Assembly (NCBI RefSeq): GCF_037038585.1
Contig: NC_092556.1
Span: 386,619-450,618, forward strand
Origin: Patagioenas fasciata
Lineage: Eukaryota
Direction: 5' to 3'
DNA: 64,000 nt
Positions 1-10,900 of the stretch are shown one piece after another; the first letter of the stretch is position 1; every line of letters begins with the position of its first letter. The notes beneath the pieces are model-generated. The model made no database searches and was not told where the DNA came from. It worked only from the letters and a program-made list of their open reading frames with translations. The position numbers and the translations under genes are program-made.

Positions 1-262
1 GCCATCTTGGATCGGCGTCCATCTTGGACCGGCGGCCATCTTGGATTGGTGGCCATCTTGGTCAGCGGCCATCTTGGATTGGCGGCCATTTTGGATCGGC
101 GGCCATCTTGGATCGGTGGCCATCTTGGATCGGCGGCCATCTTGGATCGGCGGCCATCTTGGATCGACGGCCATCTTGGATCGGCGGCCATCTTGGACCG
201 GCGGCCATCTTGGTCGGCGGCCATCTTGGAACACAACGCATCGCTGCCGGGCGGCCATCTTG
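1..262 (+). repeat. Tandem array of about 14 units of about 17 bp, CGGCGGCCATCTTGGAT. Each unit contains a YY1-like core (GCCATCTTG)
   Basis: Direct reading. The array is truncated by the window start. Two inverted copies, AAGATGGCCGCC, are at about 1495-1535. Confidence 0.9.
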
Positions 263-440
263 GCTTCCCCCCCCTCCCCGGGCGCCATTTTGGGGGGGAA
301 TTGAACCCATTTTGGTGCCATTTCCCGCCCAATAAACCCCAATTACGTTTTAATTAAACATTTGAAGCTTAATTAAGCGTTTGTTGGGTTTTTATTCATT
401 AAATATCTTATCCACAAAGTTAGAAAATATAATCAGAAAT

Positions 441-1310
441 ATCACAGGAAATGGGCCCGAACTCCTGGGTCCCCCCCGAACTCCTGGGTCCCCCCCGAAC
501 TCCTGGGTCCCTCCCCGAACTCCTGGGTCCCCCCCCCGAACTCCTGGGTCCCTCCCGCACTCCTGGGTCCCCCCCGAACTCCTGGGTCCCTCCCCGAACT
601 CCTGGGTCCCCCCCGAACTCCTGGGTCCCCCCCCGAACTCCTGGGTCCCTCTTCCCACCCCAGGAAGTTATTTGGGGTCAAGGGGAGGTTGACCCCTCCC
701 GAACTCCTGGGTCCCCCCCCCGAACTCCTGGGTCCCCCCCCGAACTCCTGGGTCCCTCCCGAACTCCTGAGTCCCCCCCCGAACTCCTGGGTCCCTCCCG
801 AACTCCTGGGTCCCTCCCCCGAACTCCTGGGTCCCCCCCGAACTCCTGGGTCCCTCCCCGAACTCCTGGGTCCCTCCCGAACTCCTGGGTCCCTCTTCCC
901 ACCCCAGGAAGTTATTTGGGGTCAAGGGGAGGTTGACCCCTCCCGAACTCCTGGGTCCCCCTCCCGAACTCCTGGGTCCCTCCCGAACTCCTGGGTCCCC
1001 TCCCGAACTCCTGGGTCCCTCCCGAACTCCTGGGTCCCTCCCGAACTCCTGGGTCTCCCTCCCGAACTCCTGGGTCCCTCCCCCGAACTCCTGGGTCCCC
1101 CTCCCGAACTCCTGGGTCCCCCTCCCGAACTCCTGGGTCCCTCCCGAACTCCTGGGTCCCTCCCGAACTCCTGGGTCCCTCCCGAACTCCTGGGTCTCCC
1201 TCCCGAACTCCTGGGTCCCTCCCCCGAACTCCTGGGTCCCCTCCCGAACTCCTGGGTCCCCCTCCCGAACTCCTGGGTCCCTCCCCCGAACTCCTGGGTC
1301 CCCATTGACC
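441..1310 (+). repeat. Satellite, unit 17-19 bp GAACTCCTGGGTCCC(C)n, about 45 copies, with two about 50 bp spacers (648-701 and 893-946)
   Basis: Direct reading. The reverse complement GGGACCCAGGAGTTCGGG recurs at 5740-5890 and 18800-20000. Confidence 0.9.
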
Positions 1311-1559
1311 CCCAGCTCCTCCATGGCCACCTCATGGGTGCGAAAGGTGCCCAGGGTGGGTTCCTCTTGCCCGGTGGCCACCGTGGCCACCAAGGCTTGG
1401 GCCCCGCCCCCCCCGGCCCTCCCATCATCCTCTGGGAGCCTCACGGGCCCGGCCCAGGGCTCCAAGGACCCCGAGCGGCGGCGCCGGCGCCGGGCAACCA
1501 AGATGGCCGCCAACATGGCCACCAAGATGGCCGCCGTGGCCACCACCGGCAACGGCCAC

Positions 1560-2800
1560 CACCATAGGGCCACCTGGGGATGGGACGGGGCCACCGGGGG
1601 TGGGTGGTGGCCAACGGTGGCCAATGGGGCCTCTTGGTGGCCAATGGTGGCCGTTGAAGACTCCCGGTGGCCAATGGTGGCCATTGAGGACGATTGGTGG
1701 CCAATGGTGGCCATTGAGGACGATTGGTGGCCAATGGTGGCCGTTGAAGCCTCTTGGTGGCCAATGGTTGGTCCCGAAGACGGTTGGTGGCCAATGGTGG
1801 CCGTCGAAGCTGGTTGGTGGCCAATGGTGGCCAATGGGGCTTCTTGGTGGCCAATGGTGGCCGTTGAGGCCTCTTGGTGGCCAATGGTTGGTTCTGAAGA
1901 TGGTTGGTGGCCAATGGTGGCCAATGGGGTCTCTTGGTGGCCAATGGTGGCCAATGGGGACCCGTCGGTGGCTTCGGTGGCCAATGGGGCTTCTTGGTGG
2001 CCAATGGTGGCCAATGGGGCTTCTTGGTGACTCTTGGTGGCCAATGGGATCTCTTGATGGCCAACGGTGGCCAATGGGGCTTCTTCGTGACTCATGGTGG
2101 CCAATGGGGCCTCTTGATGACCAATGGTGGCCAATGAGGACCCATCGGTGGCCAATGGGGACTCTTGGTGGCCCTTGGTGGCCAATGGGGCTTCTTGATG
2201 ACCAATGGTGGCCAATGAGGACCCATCGGTGGCCAATGGGGCTTCTTGGTGGCCCTTGGTGGCCAATGGGGCTTCTTGATGACCAATGGTGGCCAATGAG
2301 GACCCATCGGTGGCCAATGGGGACTCTTGATGGCCAATGGTGGCCAATGGGGCTTCTTGATGACCAATGGTGGCCAATGAAGGCTCATCAGCAGCCAATG
2401 GGGCCTCTTGGTGACCCATGGTGGCCAATGGGGCTTCTTGGTGGCCAATGGTGGCCAATGGGGCTTCTTGATGACCAATGGTGGCCAATGAGGACCCATC
2501 GGTGGCCAATGGGGCCTCTTGATGGCCAATGGTGGCCAATGGGGCTTCTTGATGACCAATGGTGGCCAATGAAGGCTCATCAGCAGCCAATGGGGCCTCT
2601 TGGTGACCCATGGTGGCCAATGGGGCTTCTTGATGACCAATGGTGGCCAATGGGGCTTCTTGGTGGCCAATGGTGGCCAATGGAGCTTCTTGATGACCAA
2701 TGGTGGCCAATGAGGACCCATCGGTGGCCAATGGGGACTCTTGGTGGCCAATGGTGGCCGATGGGGGCCCATTGGTGGCCTCGGTGGCCAATGGGGACCC
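1560..2800 (+). repeat. Satellite GGTGGCCAATGGGGCYTCTT (10/20 bp), about 60 copies of the NF-Y-type GGCCAATGG motif
   Basis: Direct reading. Confidence 0.9.
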
Positions 2801-2929
2801 AGTGGTGGCCCCCATGGGGGGATCTATGGGGCAGAGGCCGGTGAGCAGCAGCACACAGAGGGCGGGGGCCGCGCGCGCCGTGGGGCGGCCCCACATGGCC
2901 GTGGGGCGCGGGGGGCGGGACCTGTGGGG

Positions 2930-4390
2930 ACACAATGGGGCGACCCACACATGGCACCCACGGGACCCACAAGTCCATCCTGGGACCCCCAAGTCCCCAT
3001 AGCACCCATGGGACCCCCAAGTCCCCATAGCACCCATGGGACCCCCCAAGTCCCTCTTGAGATCCCCAAATCCCCCCAGCACCCATGGGTGCCCCATAAC
3101 CCCCTTGGGACCCACAAGTCCCTCTTGGGCCCCACAGCACCCATGGGACCCCCAAGTCCCTCCTGGGACCCCCAAATGCCCACAGGACCCTTGGGTGCCC
3201 CATAACCCCCAAGGGACCCCCAAGTCCCCCCTGAGCCCCCCAAGTCCCCCCAGCACCCATGGGTGCCCCATAACCCCCATGGGCCCCACAGCACCCATGG
3301 GACCCCCAAGTACATCCTGGGCCCCCCAAGTCCCCATAGCACCCATGGGTGCCCCATAACCCCCATGGCTGCCCCACAGCACCCATGGGACCCCCAAGTC
3401 CATCTTGGGACCCCCAAGTCCCCATAACTCCCATGGACCCCCAAGTCGTTCTTGGGCCCCACAGCACCCATGGGCGCCCCATAACCCCCATGGGACCCCC
3501 AAGTCCCTCCTGAGCCCCCCAAGTCCCCATAACTCCCATGGGTGCTCCATAACCCCCATGGCTGCCCCAAGGCACCCATAGGACCCCCAAGTTCATCTTG
3601 GGACCCCCAAGACCCCCATGAGACCCCAAGTCCCCCCAGCACCCATGGGTGCCCCATAACCCCCATGGGCCCCACAGCACCCACGGGACCCCCAAGTCCC
3701 TTCTGAGCCCCCCAAGTCCCCATAACCCCCATGGGACCCCCCCAAGTCCCCACAGCACCTATGGGACCCCCATGGGACCCCCAAGTGCCCTAAACACCCA
3801 TGGGTGCCCCATAACCCACACGGCTGCCCCATAGCACCCATGGGACCCCCAAGTCCATCTTGGGACCCACAGCACCCTCGGGTGCCCCATAACCCCCATG
3901 GGACCCCCAAGTCCCCCCAGCACCCATGGGACCCCCAAGTCCATCCTGGGCCCCCCAAGTCCCCATAGCACCCATGGGTGCCCCATAACCCCCATGGGCC
4001 CCACAGCACCCACGGGACCCCCAAGTCCCTTCTGAGCCCCCCAAGTCCCCATAACCCCCATGGGACCCCCAAGTCCCCCCAGCACCTATGGGACCCCCAT
4101 GGGACCCCCAAGTCCCCCCAGCACCCATGGGACCCCCAAGTCCCTCCTGAGCCCCCCAAGTCCCCACAGCACCCATGGGACCCCCCAAGTCCCTCTTGGG
4201 ACCCCCAAGTCCCCACAGCACCCATGGGCCCCATAGCACCCCATGGGCCCCACAGCACCCATGGGTGCCCCATAACCCCCATGGGCCCCACAGCACCCAC
4301 GGGACCCCCAAGTCCCTCCTGAGCCCCCCAAGTCCCCCCCAGCACCCATGGGCCCCATAGCACCCATGGGTGCCCCATAACCCCCTATGG
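2930..4390 (+). repeat. Satellite about 18-24 bp CCCATGGGACCCCCAAGTCC / CCCCATAGCACCCATGG variants
   Basis: Direct reading. Confidence 0.85.
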
Positions 4391-4529
4391 GTCCCGGTAC
4401 CTGTGGGGCCGCGGCCGTTGGCGCGGGAACCGGGACAGGAAGTGGCGAGTGGGGCAGGAAACCCCGCCCCCCCCGCCCCTCCCCCCCCCCGCCCCACATC
4501 CGGGAGCCAAGCGGGGCCAACATGGCGGC

Positions 4530-5540
4530 TCAATCAGCCCCATAGATGTGGGGCAGCCCCATAGATGTGGGGAGACCCCCATTGGTTGCAATCAGCCCCA
4601 TAGATGTGGGGCGGACCCATAGATGTGGGGAGACCCCATTGGTTGCAATGAGCCCCATAGATGTGGGGCGGACCCATAGATGTGGGGAGACCCCATTGGT
4701 TGCAATGAGCCCCATAGATGTGGGGCGGACCCATAGATGTGGGGCGGCCCCATTGGTTGCAATGAGCCCCATAGATGTGGGGCGGACCCATAGATGTGGG
4801 GCGGCCCCATTGGTTGCAATGAGCCCCATAGATGTGGGGTGGCCCCATAGATGTGGGGTGACCCCCATTGGTTTCAATGAGCCCCATAGATGTGGGGAGA
4901 CCCCATTGGTTGCAATGAGCCCCATAGATCTGGGGAGACCCCATAGTTGCGGGGTGGCCCCATTGATTTCAATGAGCCCCATAGATGTGGGGAGACCCCA
5001 TTGGTTGCAATGAGCCCCATAGATCTGGGGAGACCCCATAGTTGCGGGGTGGCCCCATTGATTTCAATGAGCCCCATAGATGTGGGGAGACCCCATTGGT
5101 TGCAATGAGCCCCATAGATGTGGGGCGGACCCATAAATGTGGGGAGACCCCATTGTTTGCAATGAGCCCCATAGATGTGGGGCGGACCCATAGATGTGGG
5201 GCGGCCCCATTGGTTGCAATGAGCCCCATAGATGTGGGGCGGACCCATAGATGTGGGGCGGCCCCATTGGTTTCAATGAGCCCCATAGATGTGGGGAGAC
5301 CCCATTGGTTGCAATGAGCCCCATAGATCTGGGGAGACCCCATAGATGTGGGGTGGCCCCATTGATTTCAATGAGCCCCATAGATGTGGGGAGACCCCAT
5401 TGCTTTCAATGCACCCCATAGATATGGGGCGGCCCCATTGATTTCGATGAGCCCCATAGATCTGGGGAGACCCCATTGATTCCAATGCGCCCCATAGATC
5501 TGGGGAGACCCCATTGGTTTCAAGGCGCCCCATAGATTTG
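4530..5540 (+). repeat. Satellite about 40-60 bp CCCATAGATGTGGGGNGACCCCATTGGTTGCAATGAG
   Basis: Direct reading. Confidence 0.85.
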
Positions 5541-5899
5541 GGGACTTATGGGTCCGGGTCCAACTTATGGGTCCAGACCCAGAGGGAAGGGGACAAGGGG
5601 GGGACCCCAAACCCCCCACCGGACGCCTGGGTCCCCCCCCAAGAAGGGACCCAGGCGTCCGGGACCCCAAAATCCAAGCCACCAAATGCAAAACCCAGAC
5701 GCTTTATTCCCCCAAATGAAGGCGTTTTTGGGGGGGGACACAGAAATTTGGGGGACCCAGGAGTTCGGGGGGGACCCAGGAGTCCGGGGAGGGACCCAGG
5801 AGTTCGGGGGGACCCAGGAGTTCGGGGGGGGACCCAGGAGTTCGGGGGGACCCAGGAGTTCGGGGGGGGACCCAGGAGTTCGGGGCGGGGAGACTGGGA

Positions 5900-7790
5900 C
5901 ACAATGGGGGGTCCTGGGTAGACCTGGTGGCCCTGGGGGGCTCCTGGGTAGACCTGGTGGCCCTGGGGAGACCCCGAGATTTTGGGGGGTTCCTTGGGGT
6001 TTAGGGGGGTCCCCTGGATTATGGGGGGATCCAAGGGCTTAGGGGGGTCCCCAAGATCTTGGGGGGACCCAGGAGTTCGGGGGGAAGGGGAGAAATAGGA
6101 CATGGAAGCCAATGGGGGGACCTGGGTAGTCCTGGTGGCCCTGGGAGGCTCCCGGGTAGACCTGGTGGCCCTGGGGGGACCCCGAGATTTTGGGGGGTTC
6201 CTTGGGGTTTAGGGGGGGTCCCCTGGATTTTGGGGGGACCCAAGGGCTTAGGGGGGTCCCCAGGGTCCCCAAGATTTTGGGGGGACCCAGGAGTTCGGGG
6301 GGGAATGGAGAAATAGGGCATAGAAACCAATGGGGGGACCTGGGTAGACCTGGTGGCCCTGGGAGGCTCCTGGGTAGACCTGGTGGCCCTGGGGGGACCC
6401 CGAGATTTTGGGGGGTTCCCTGGGGTTTTTGGGGGTCCCCTGGATTATGGGGGGACCCGAGGGCTTAGGGGGGTCCCCAGGGTCCCCAAGATTTTGGGGG
6501 GACCCAGGAGTTCGGGGGGAAATGGAGAAATAGGGCATAGAAACCAATGGGGGGTCCTGGGTAGACCTGGTGGCCCTGGGAGGCTCCTGGGTAGACCTGG
6601 TGGCCCTGGGGGGACCCCGAGATTTTGGGGGGTTCCTTGGGGTTTGGGGACGTCCCCTGGATTTTGGGGGGACCCAAGGGCTTAGGGGAGTCCCCAAGAT
6701 CTTGGGGGGACCCAGGAGTTCGGGGGGAAGGGGAGAAATAGGACATGGAAGCCAATGGGGGGTCCTGGGTAGACCTGGTGGCCCTGGGAGGCTCCTGGGT
6801 AGACCTGGTGGCCCTGGGGGGACCCCGAGATTTTGGGGGGTTCCTTGGGGTTTGGGGGGGGGTCCCCTGGATTATGGGGGGACCCAAGGGCTTAGGGGGG
6901 TCCCCAGGGTCCCCAAGATTTTGGGGGGACCCAGGAGTTCGGGGGGGAATGGAGAAAGAGGGCATAGAAACCAATGGGGGGTCCTGGGTAGACCTGGTGG
7001 CCCTGGGAAGCTCCTGGGTAGACCTGGTGGCCCTGGGGGGACCCCGAGATTTTGGGGGGTTCCCTGGGGTTTAGGGGGGTCCCCTGGATTATGGGGGGAC
7101 CCAAGGGCTTAGGGGAGTCCCCAAGATCTTGGGGGGACCCAGAAGTTCGGGGGGAAGGGGAGAAATAGGACATGGAAGCCAATGGGGGGTCCTGGGTAGA
7201 CCTGGTGGCCCTGGGAGGCTCCTGGGTAGACCTGGTGGCCCTGGGGGGACCCCGGGGTTTTGGGGGGGTTCCCTGGGGTTTAGGGGGGTCCCCTGGATTA
7301 TGGGGGGACCCGAGGGCTTAGGGGGGTCCCCAGGGTCCCCAAGATTTTGGGGGGACCCAGGAGTTCGGGGGGAAATGGAGAAATAGGGCATAGAAACCAA
7401 TGGGGGGTCCTGGGTAGACCTGGTGGCCCTGGGAGGCTCCTGGGTAGACCTGGTGGCCCTGGGGAGACCCCGAGATTTTGGGGGGTTCCCTGGGGTTTGG
7501 GGGGGTCCCCTGGATTATGGGGGGACCCAAGGGCTTAGGGGGTCCCCAAGATTTTGGGGGGACCCAGGAATTCGGGGGGAAGGGGAGAAATAGGGCATAG
7601 AAACCAATGGGGGGACCTGGGTAGACCTGGTGGCCCTGGGAGGCTCCTGGGTAGACCTGGTGGCCCTGGGAGGTCCTGGGTAGACCTGGTGGCCCTGGGG
7701 GGACCCCGGGGTTTTGGGGGGGGTTCCCTGGGGTTTAGGGGGGTCCCCTGGATTTTGGGGGGTCCCAGGAGGGACCCAGGCGTCCGGGGG
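5900..7790 (+). repeat. Higher-order repeat, about 215 bp unit in about 8.5 copies (GGGTAGACCTGGTGGCCCTGGGAGGCTCC ... GGAGAAATAGGGCATAGAAACCAATGGGG)
   Basis: Copies start at about 6121, 6345, 6560, 6775, 6990, 7200, 7415 and 7630. This is the 3' flank of MYLPF. Confidence 0.85.
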
Positions 7791-7804
7791 GTTTTGGGGT
7801 GCCC

Positions 7805-7909
7805 TCATTCTCCCTCTTTGTCCTCGCCATGCGTTATCACGTAGCAGATGTTCTTGTAATCCACGTTGCCGGCCACGTCGGGGGGAAACGCCGCCCACAT
7901 GTTCTTGAT
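7805..7909 (-). CDS. MYLPF: MYLPF exon 7 ([34 protein letters not shown], stop)
   Basis: Acceptor cccccccccag|ATCAAGAAC. The stop codon TGA is at 7805-7807 on the minus strand. Confidence 0.9.
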   Translation of the reverse strand: MKNMWAAFPPDVAGNVDYKNICYVITHGEDKEGE

Positions 7910-10900
7910 CTGGGGGGGGGGACACCCCAAAATTGGTCAGTGGGGGACCCCAAAATACAAGGGGGGGGGTGCAATGTAGCATGGGGGGGATTTGGGGGGG
8001 ATTTGGGGGGGATTGGGGGGGATTTGGGGGGATTAGGGGGGGATTTGGGGGGTCAGCAAAGGGGGTTTGGGGGGAGCAGTGAGGGGGTATAGGGGGGGTT
8101 TTGGGGTCTCTATGGGGGGGTTTGGGGTCCCCATGGGGGGTTGGGGTCCCCAAGGGGGGTTTGGGGTCCCAAGGGGGGGTCCCAAGGGGGTTTGGGGTCC
8201 CTATGGGCAGTTTGGGGTCCGCATGGGGGGTTTGGGGTCCTCATGGGGGGTTTGGGGTCCCAAGGGGGGGTCCCAAGGGGGTTTGGGGTCCCTATGGGCA
8301 GTTTGGGGTCCCAAGGGGGTTTGGGGTCCGCATGGGGGGTTGGGGTCCCCAAGGGGGTTTGGGGTCCCAAGGGGGGTCCCAAGGGGGTTTGGGGTCCTCA
8401 TGGGGGGTTTGGGGTCCCCATGGGGGTTTGGGGTCCCCAGGGGGTTTGGGGTCCCCAAGGGGGTTTGGGGTCCTCATGGGGGGTTTGGGGTCCCATGGGG
8501 GGTTTGGGGTCCCCATGGGGGGTTTGGGGTCCCAAGGGGGGTTTGGGGTCCCCAAGGGGGTTTTGGGGTCCCCATGGGGGTTTGGGGTCCCCAGGGGGTT
8601 TGGGGTCCCCATGGGGGTTTGGGGTCCCCAGGGGGTTTGGGGTCCCAAGGGGGGTTTGGGGTCCCAAGGGGGTTTTGGGGTCCCCAAGGGGGTTTTGGGG
8701 TCCCCATGGGGGTTTGGGGTCCCCAGGGGGTTTGGGGTCCCAAGGGGGTTTGGGGTCCTCATGGGGGTTTGGGGTCCCCAAGGGGGTTTTGGGGTCCCCA
8801 AGGGGGTTTTGGGGTCCCCATGGGGGTTTGGGGTCCCCAGGGGGTTTGGGGTCCCAAGGGGGTTTGGGGTCCCCATGGGGGTTTGGGGTCCCAAGGGGGT
8901 TTGGGGTCCCCATGGGGGGTTTGGGGTCCTCATGGGGGGTTTGGGGTCCTCATGGGGGTTTGGGGTCCCCAAGGGGGTTTGGGGTCCCAAGGGGGGTCCC
9001 AAGGGGGTTTGGGGTCCCCATGGGGGTTTGGGGTCCTCATTGGGGGTTTGGGGTCCCCATGGGGGGTTTGGGGTCCTCATGGGGGGTTTGGGGTCCCAAG
9101 GGGGTTTGGGGTCCCAAGGGGGTTTTGGGGTCCCCATGGGGGTTTGGGGTCCTCATTGGGGGTTTGGGGTCCCCATGGGGGGTTTGGGGTCCCCAAGGGG
9201 GTTTGGGGTCCCAAGGGGGTTTGGGGTCCCCAAGGGGAGTTTGGGGTCCCCATGGGGGGTTTGGGGTCCTCATTGGGGGTTTGGGGTCCCCAAGGGGAGT
9301 TTGGGGTCCCAAGGGGGGTTTGGGGTCCCAAGGGGGTTTGGGGTCCCAAGGGGGTTTTGGGGTCCCCATGGGGGTTTGGGGTCCTCATGGGGGGTTTGGG
9401 GTCCCAAGGGGGTTTGGGGTCCCAAGGGGGTTTTGGGGTCCCCATGGGGGGTTTGGGGTCCCCATGGGGGTTTGGGGTCCTCATGGGGGGTTTGGGGTCC
9501 CAAGGGGGTTTGGGGTCCCCATGGGGGTTTGGGGTCCCCATGGGGGGTTTGGGGTCCCATGGGGGTTTGGGGTCCTCATGGGGGGTTTGGGGTCCCAAGG
9601 GGGTTTGGGGTCCCCATGGGGGTTTTGGGGGGTTCTGGGGGTTTTGGGGGTGGTTTTGGGGGGTTTTGGGGGGTCCCGGGGGGGTTTGGGGCTGATTTTG
9701 GGGTGATTTGGGGGGTTTTGGGGCTCTCACCTCCTCGGGGGTGAAGCGGTCGCACTGGGTGGTCAGGAGCTCCTCAAGGCTGGGGGGGCACAGTGACCCC
9801 AATGTCCCCATTGACCCCCACTGGCCCCCATTGGCCCCCATTGGCCTCCATTGACCCCCACTGGCCCCCATTGGCCCCCGTTGGCCCCCCATTGTCCTCA
9901 TTGGCCCCCATTGGCCCCCATTGGCCCCCCATTATCCCCATTGTCACCCCATCGGTCCCATTGCCCCCCATTGTCCCCCCATTGGCCCCATTGGCCCCCA
10001 CTGGCCCCCATTGGCCCCCATTGGCCCCCATTGTCACCCATTGTCCCCATTGTCCTCATTGGCCCCCATTGGCCCCCACTGGCCCCCATTGGCCCCCGTT
10101 GGCCCCCATTGTCACCCATTATCCCCATTGGCCCCCCATTGGCCCCATTGGCCCCCACTGGCCTCCATTGACCCCCATTGGCCCCCATTGGCACCATTGT
10201 CACCCATTGGCCCCATTGTCACCCATTGTCCCCATTGGTCCCCATTGGCCCCATTGTCACCCATTGTCCCCATTGTCCCCCCATTGTCCCCCATTGGCCG
10301 CCATTGCCCCCCATTGTCCCCCCATTGCCCCCCATTGTCACCCCATTGGCCCCCATTGGCTCCCATTGACCCCCATTGGCCCCCATTGGCCCCCCATTGT
10401 CCTCACTGTCCCCCATTGTCCCCATTGTCCCCATATCCCCCAATGTCCCCATATCCCCCAACACCCCCATTGTCCCCCCATGTCCCCCATGTCCCCCATG
10501 TCCCCAATGTCCCCATATCCCCCAACACCCCCATTGTCCCCCCATGTCCCCAATGTCCCCAATGTCCCCATTCCCCCCAACACCCCCATTGTCCCCCCAT
10601 GTCCCCCATGTCCCCCATGTCCCCAATGTCCCCAATGTCCCCATATCCCCCAACACCCCCATTGTCCCCCAATGTCCCCCATGTCCCCAATGTCCCCAAT
10701 GTCCCCATATCCCCCAACACCCCCATTGTCCCCCCATGTCCCCCATGTCCCCCATGTCCCCAACGTCCCCACTCACAAGCTCTTCTTGATGGAGCCCTTC
10801 CCGTCGGGGTCCAGCACCTTGAACGCCCCCATGATCACGTCCTCGGGGTCCGCGCCTGCCCCACGGGGTCCCCAAGGTCAAGGTCACGGCCCCAATGTCC

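Noticed and set aside
1300-1560. Unique GC-rich patch (ATG in gccATGGAGGAGCTG on the minus strand; AAGATGGCCGCC x2) as a possible exon or promoter of a gene 3' of MYLPF
   Set aside because: Any reading frame runs immediately into satellite-encoded low-complexity peptide. I could not assign a gene. It is only noted as containing YY1-like sites.
668-3559. 963-aa minus-strand ORF, plus many other 300-1400-aa ORFs in the six-frame track (for example 23702-27886 +, 14445-17933 +, 13078-15690 -, 38553-40135 +)
   Set aside because: All lie inside tandem-repeat arrays and translate to perfectly periodic low-complexity peptides ([31 protein letters not shown] and similar). They have no start or splice context and no similarity to known domains. 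They are artefacts of stop-free repeats in GC-rich DNA.
7700-7805. Search for a MYLPF polyadenylation signal (AATAAA) in the 100 nt downstream of the stop codon
   Set aside because: No canonical hexamer was found before the 215-bp higher-order repeat begins. The 3'UTR end could not be placed from sequence alone.
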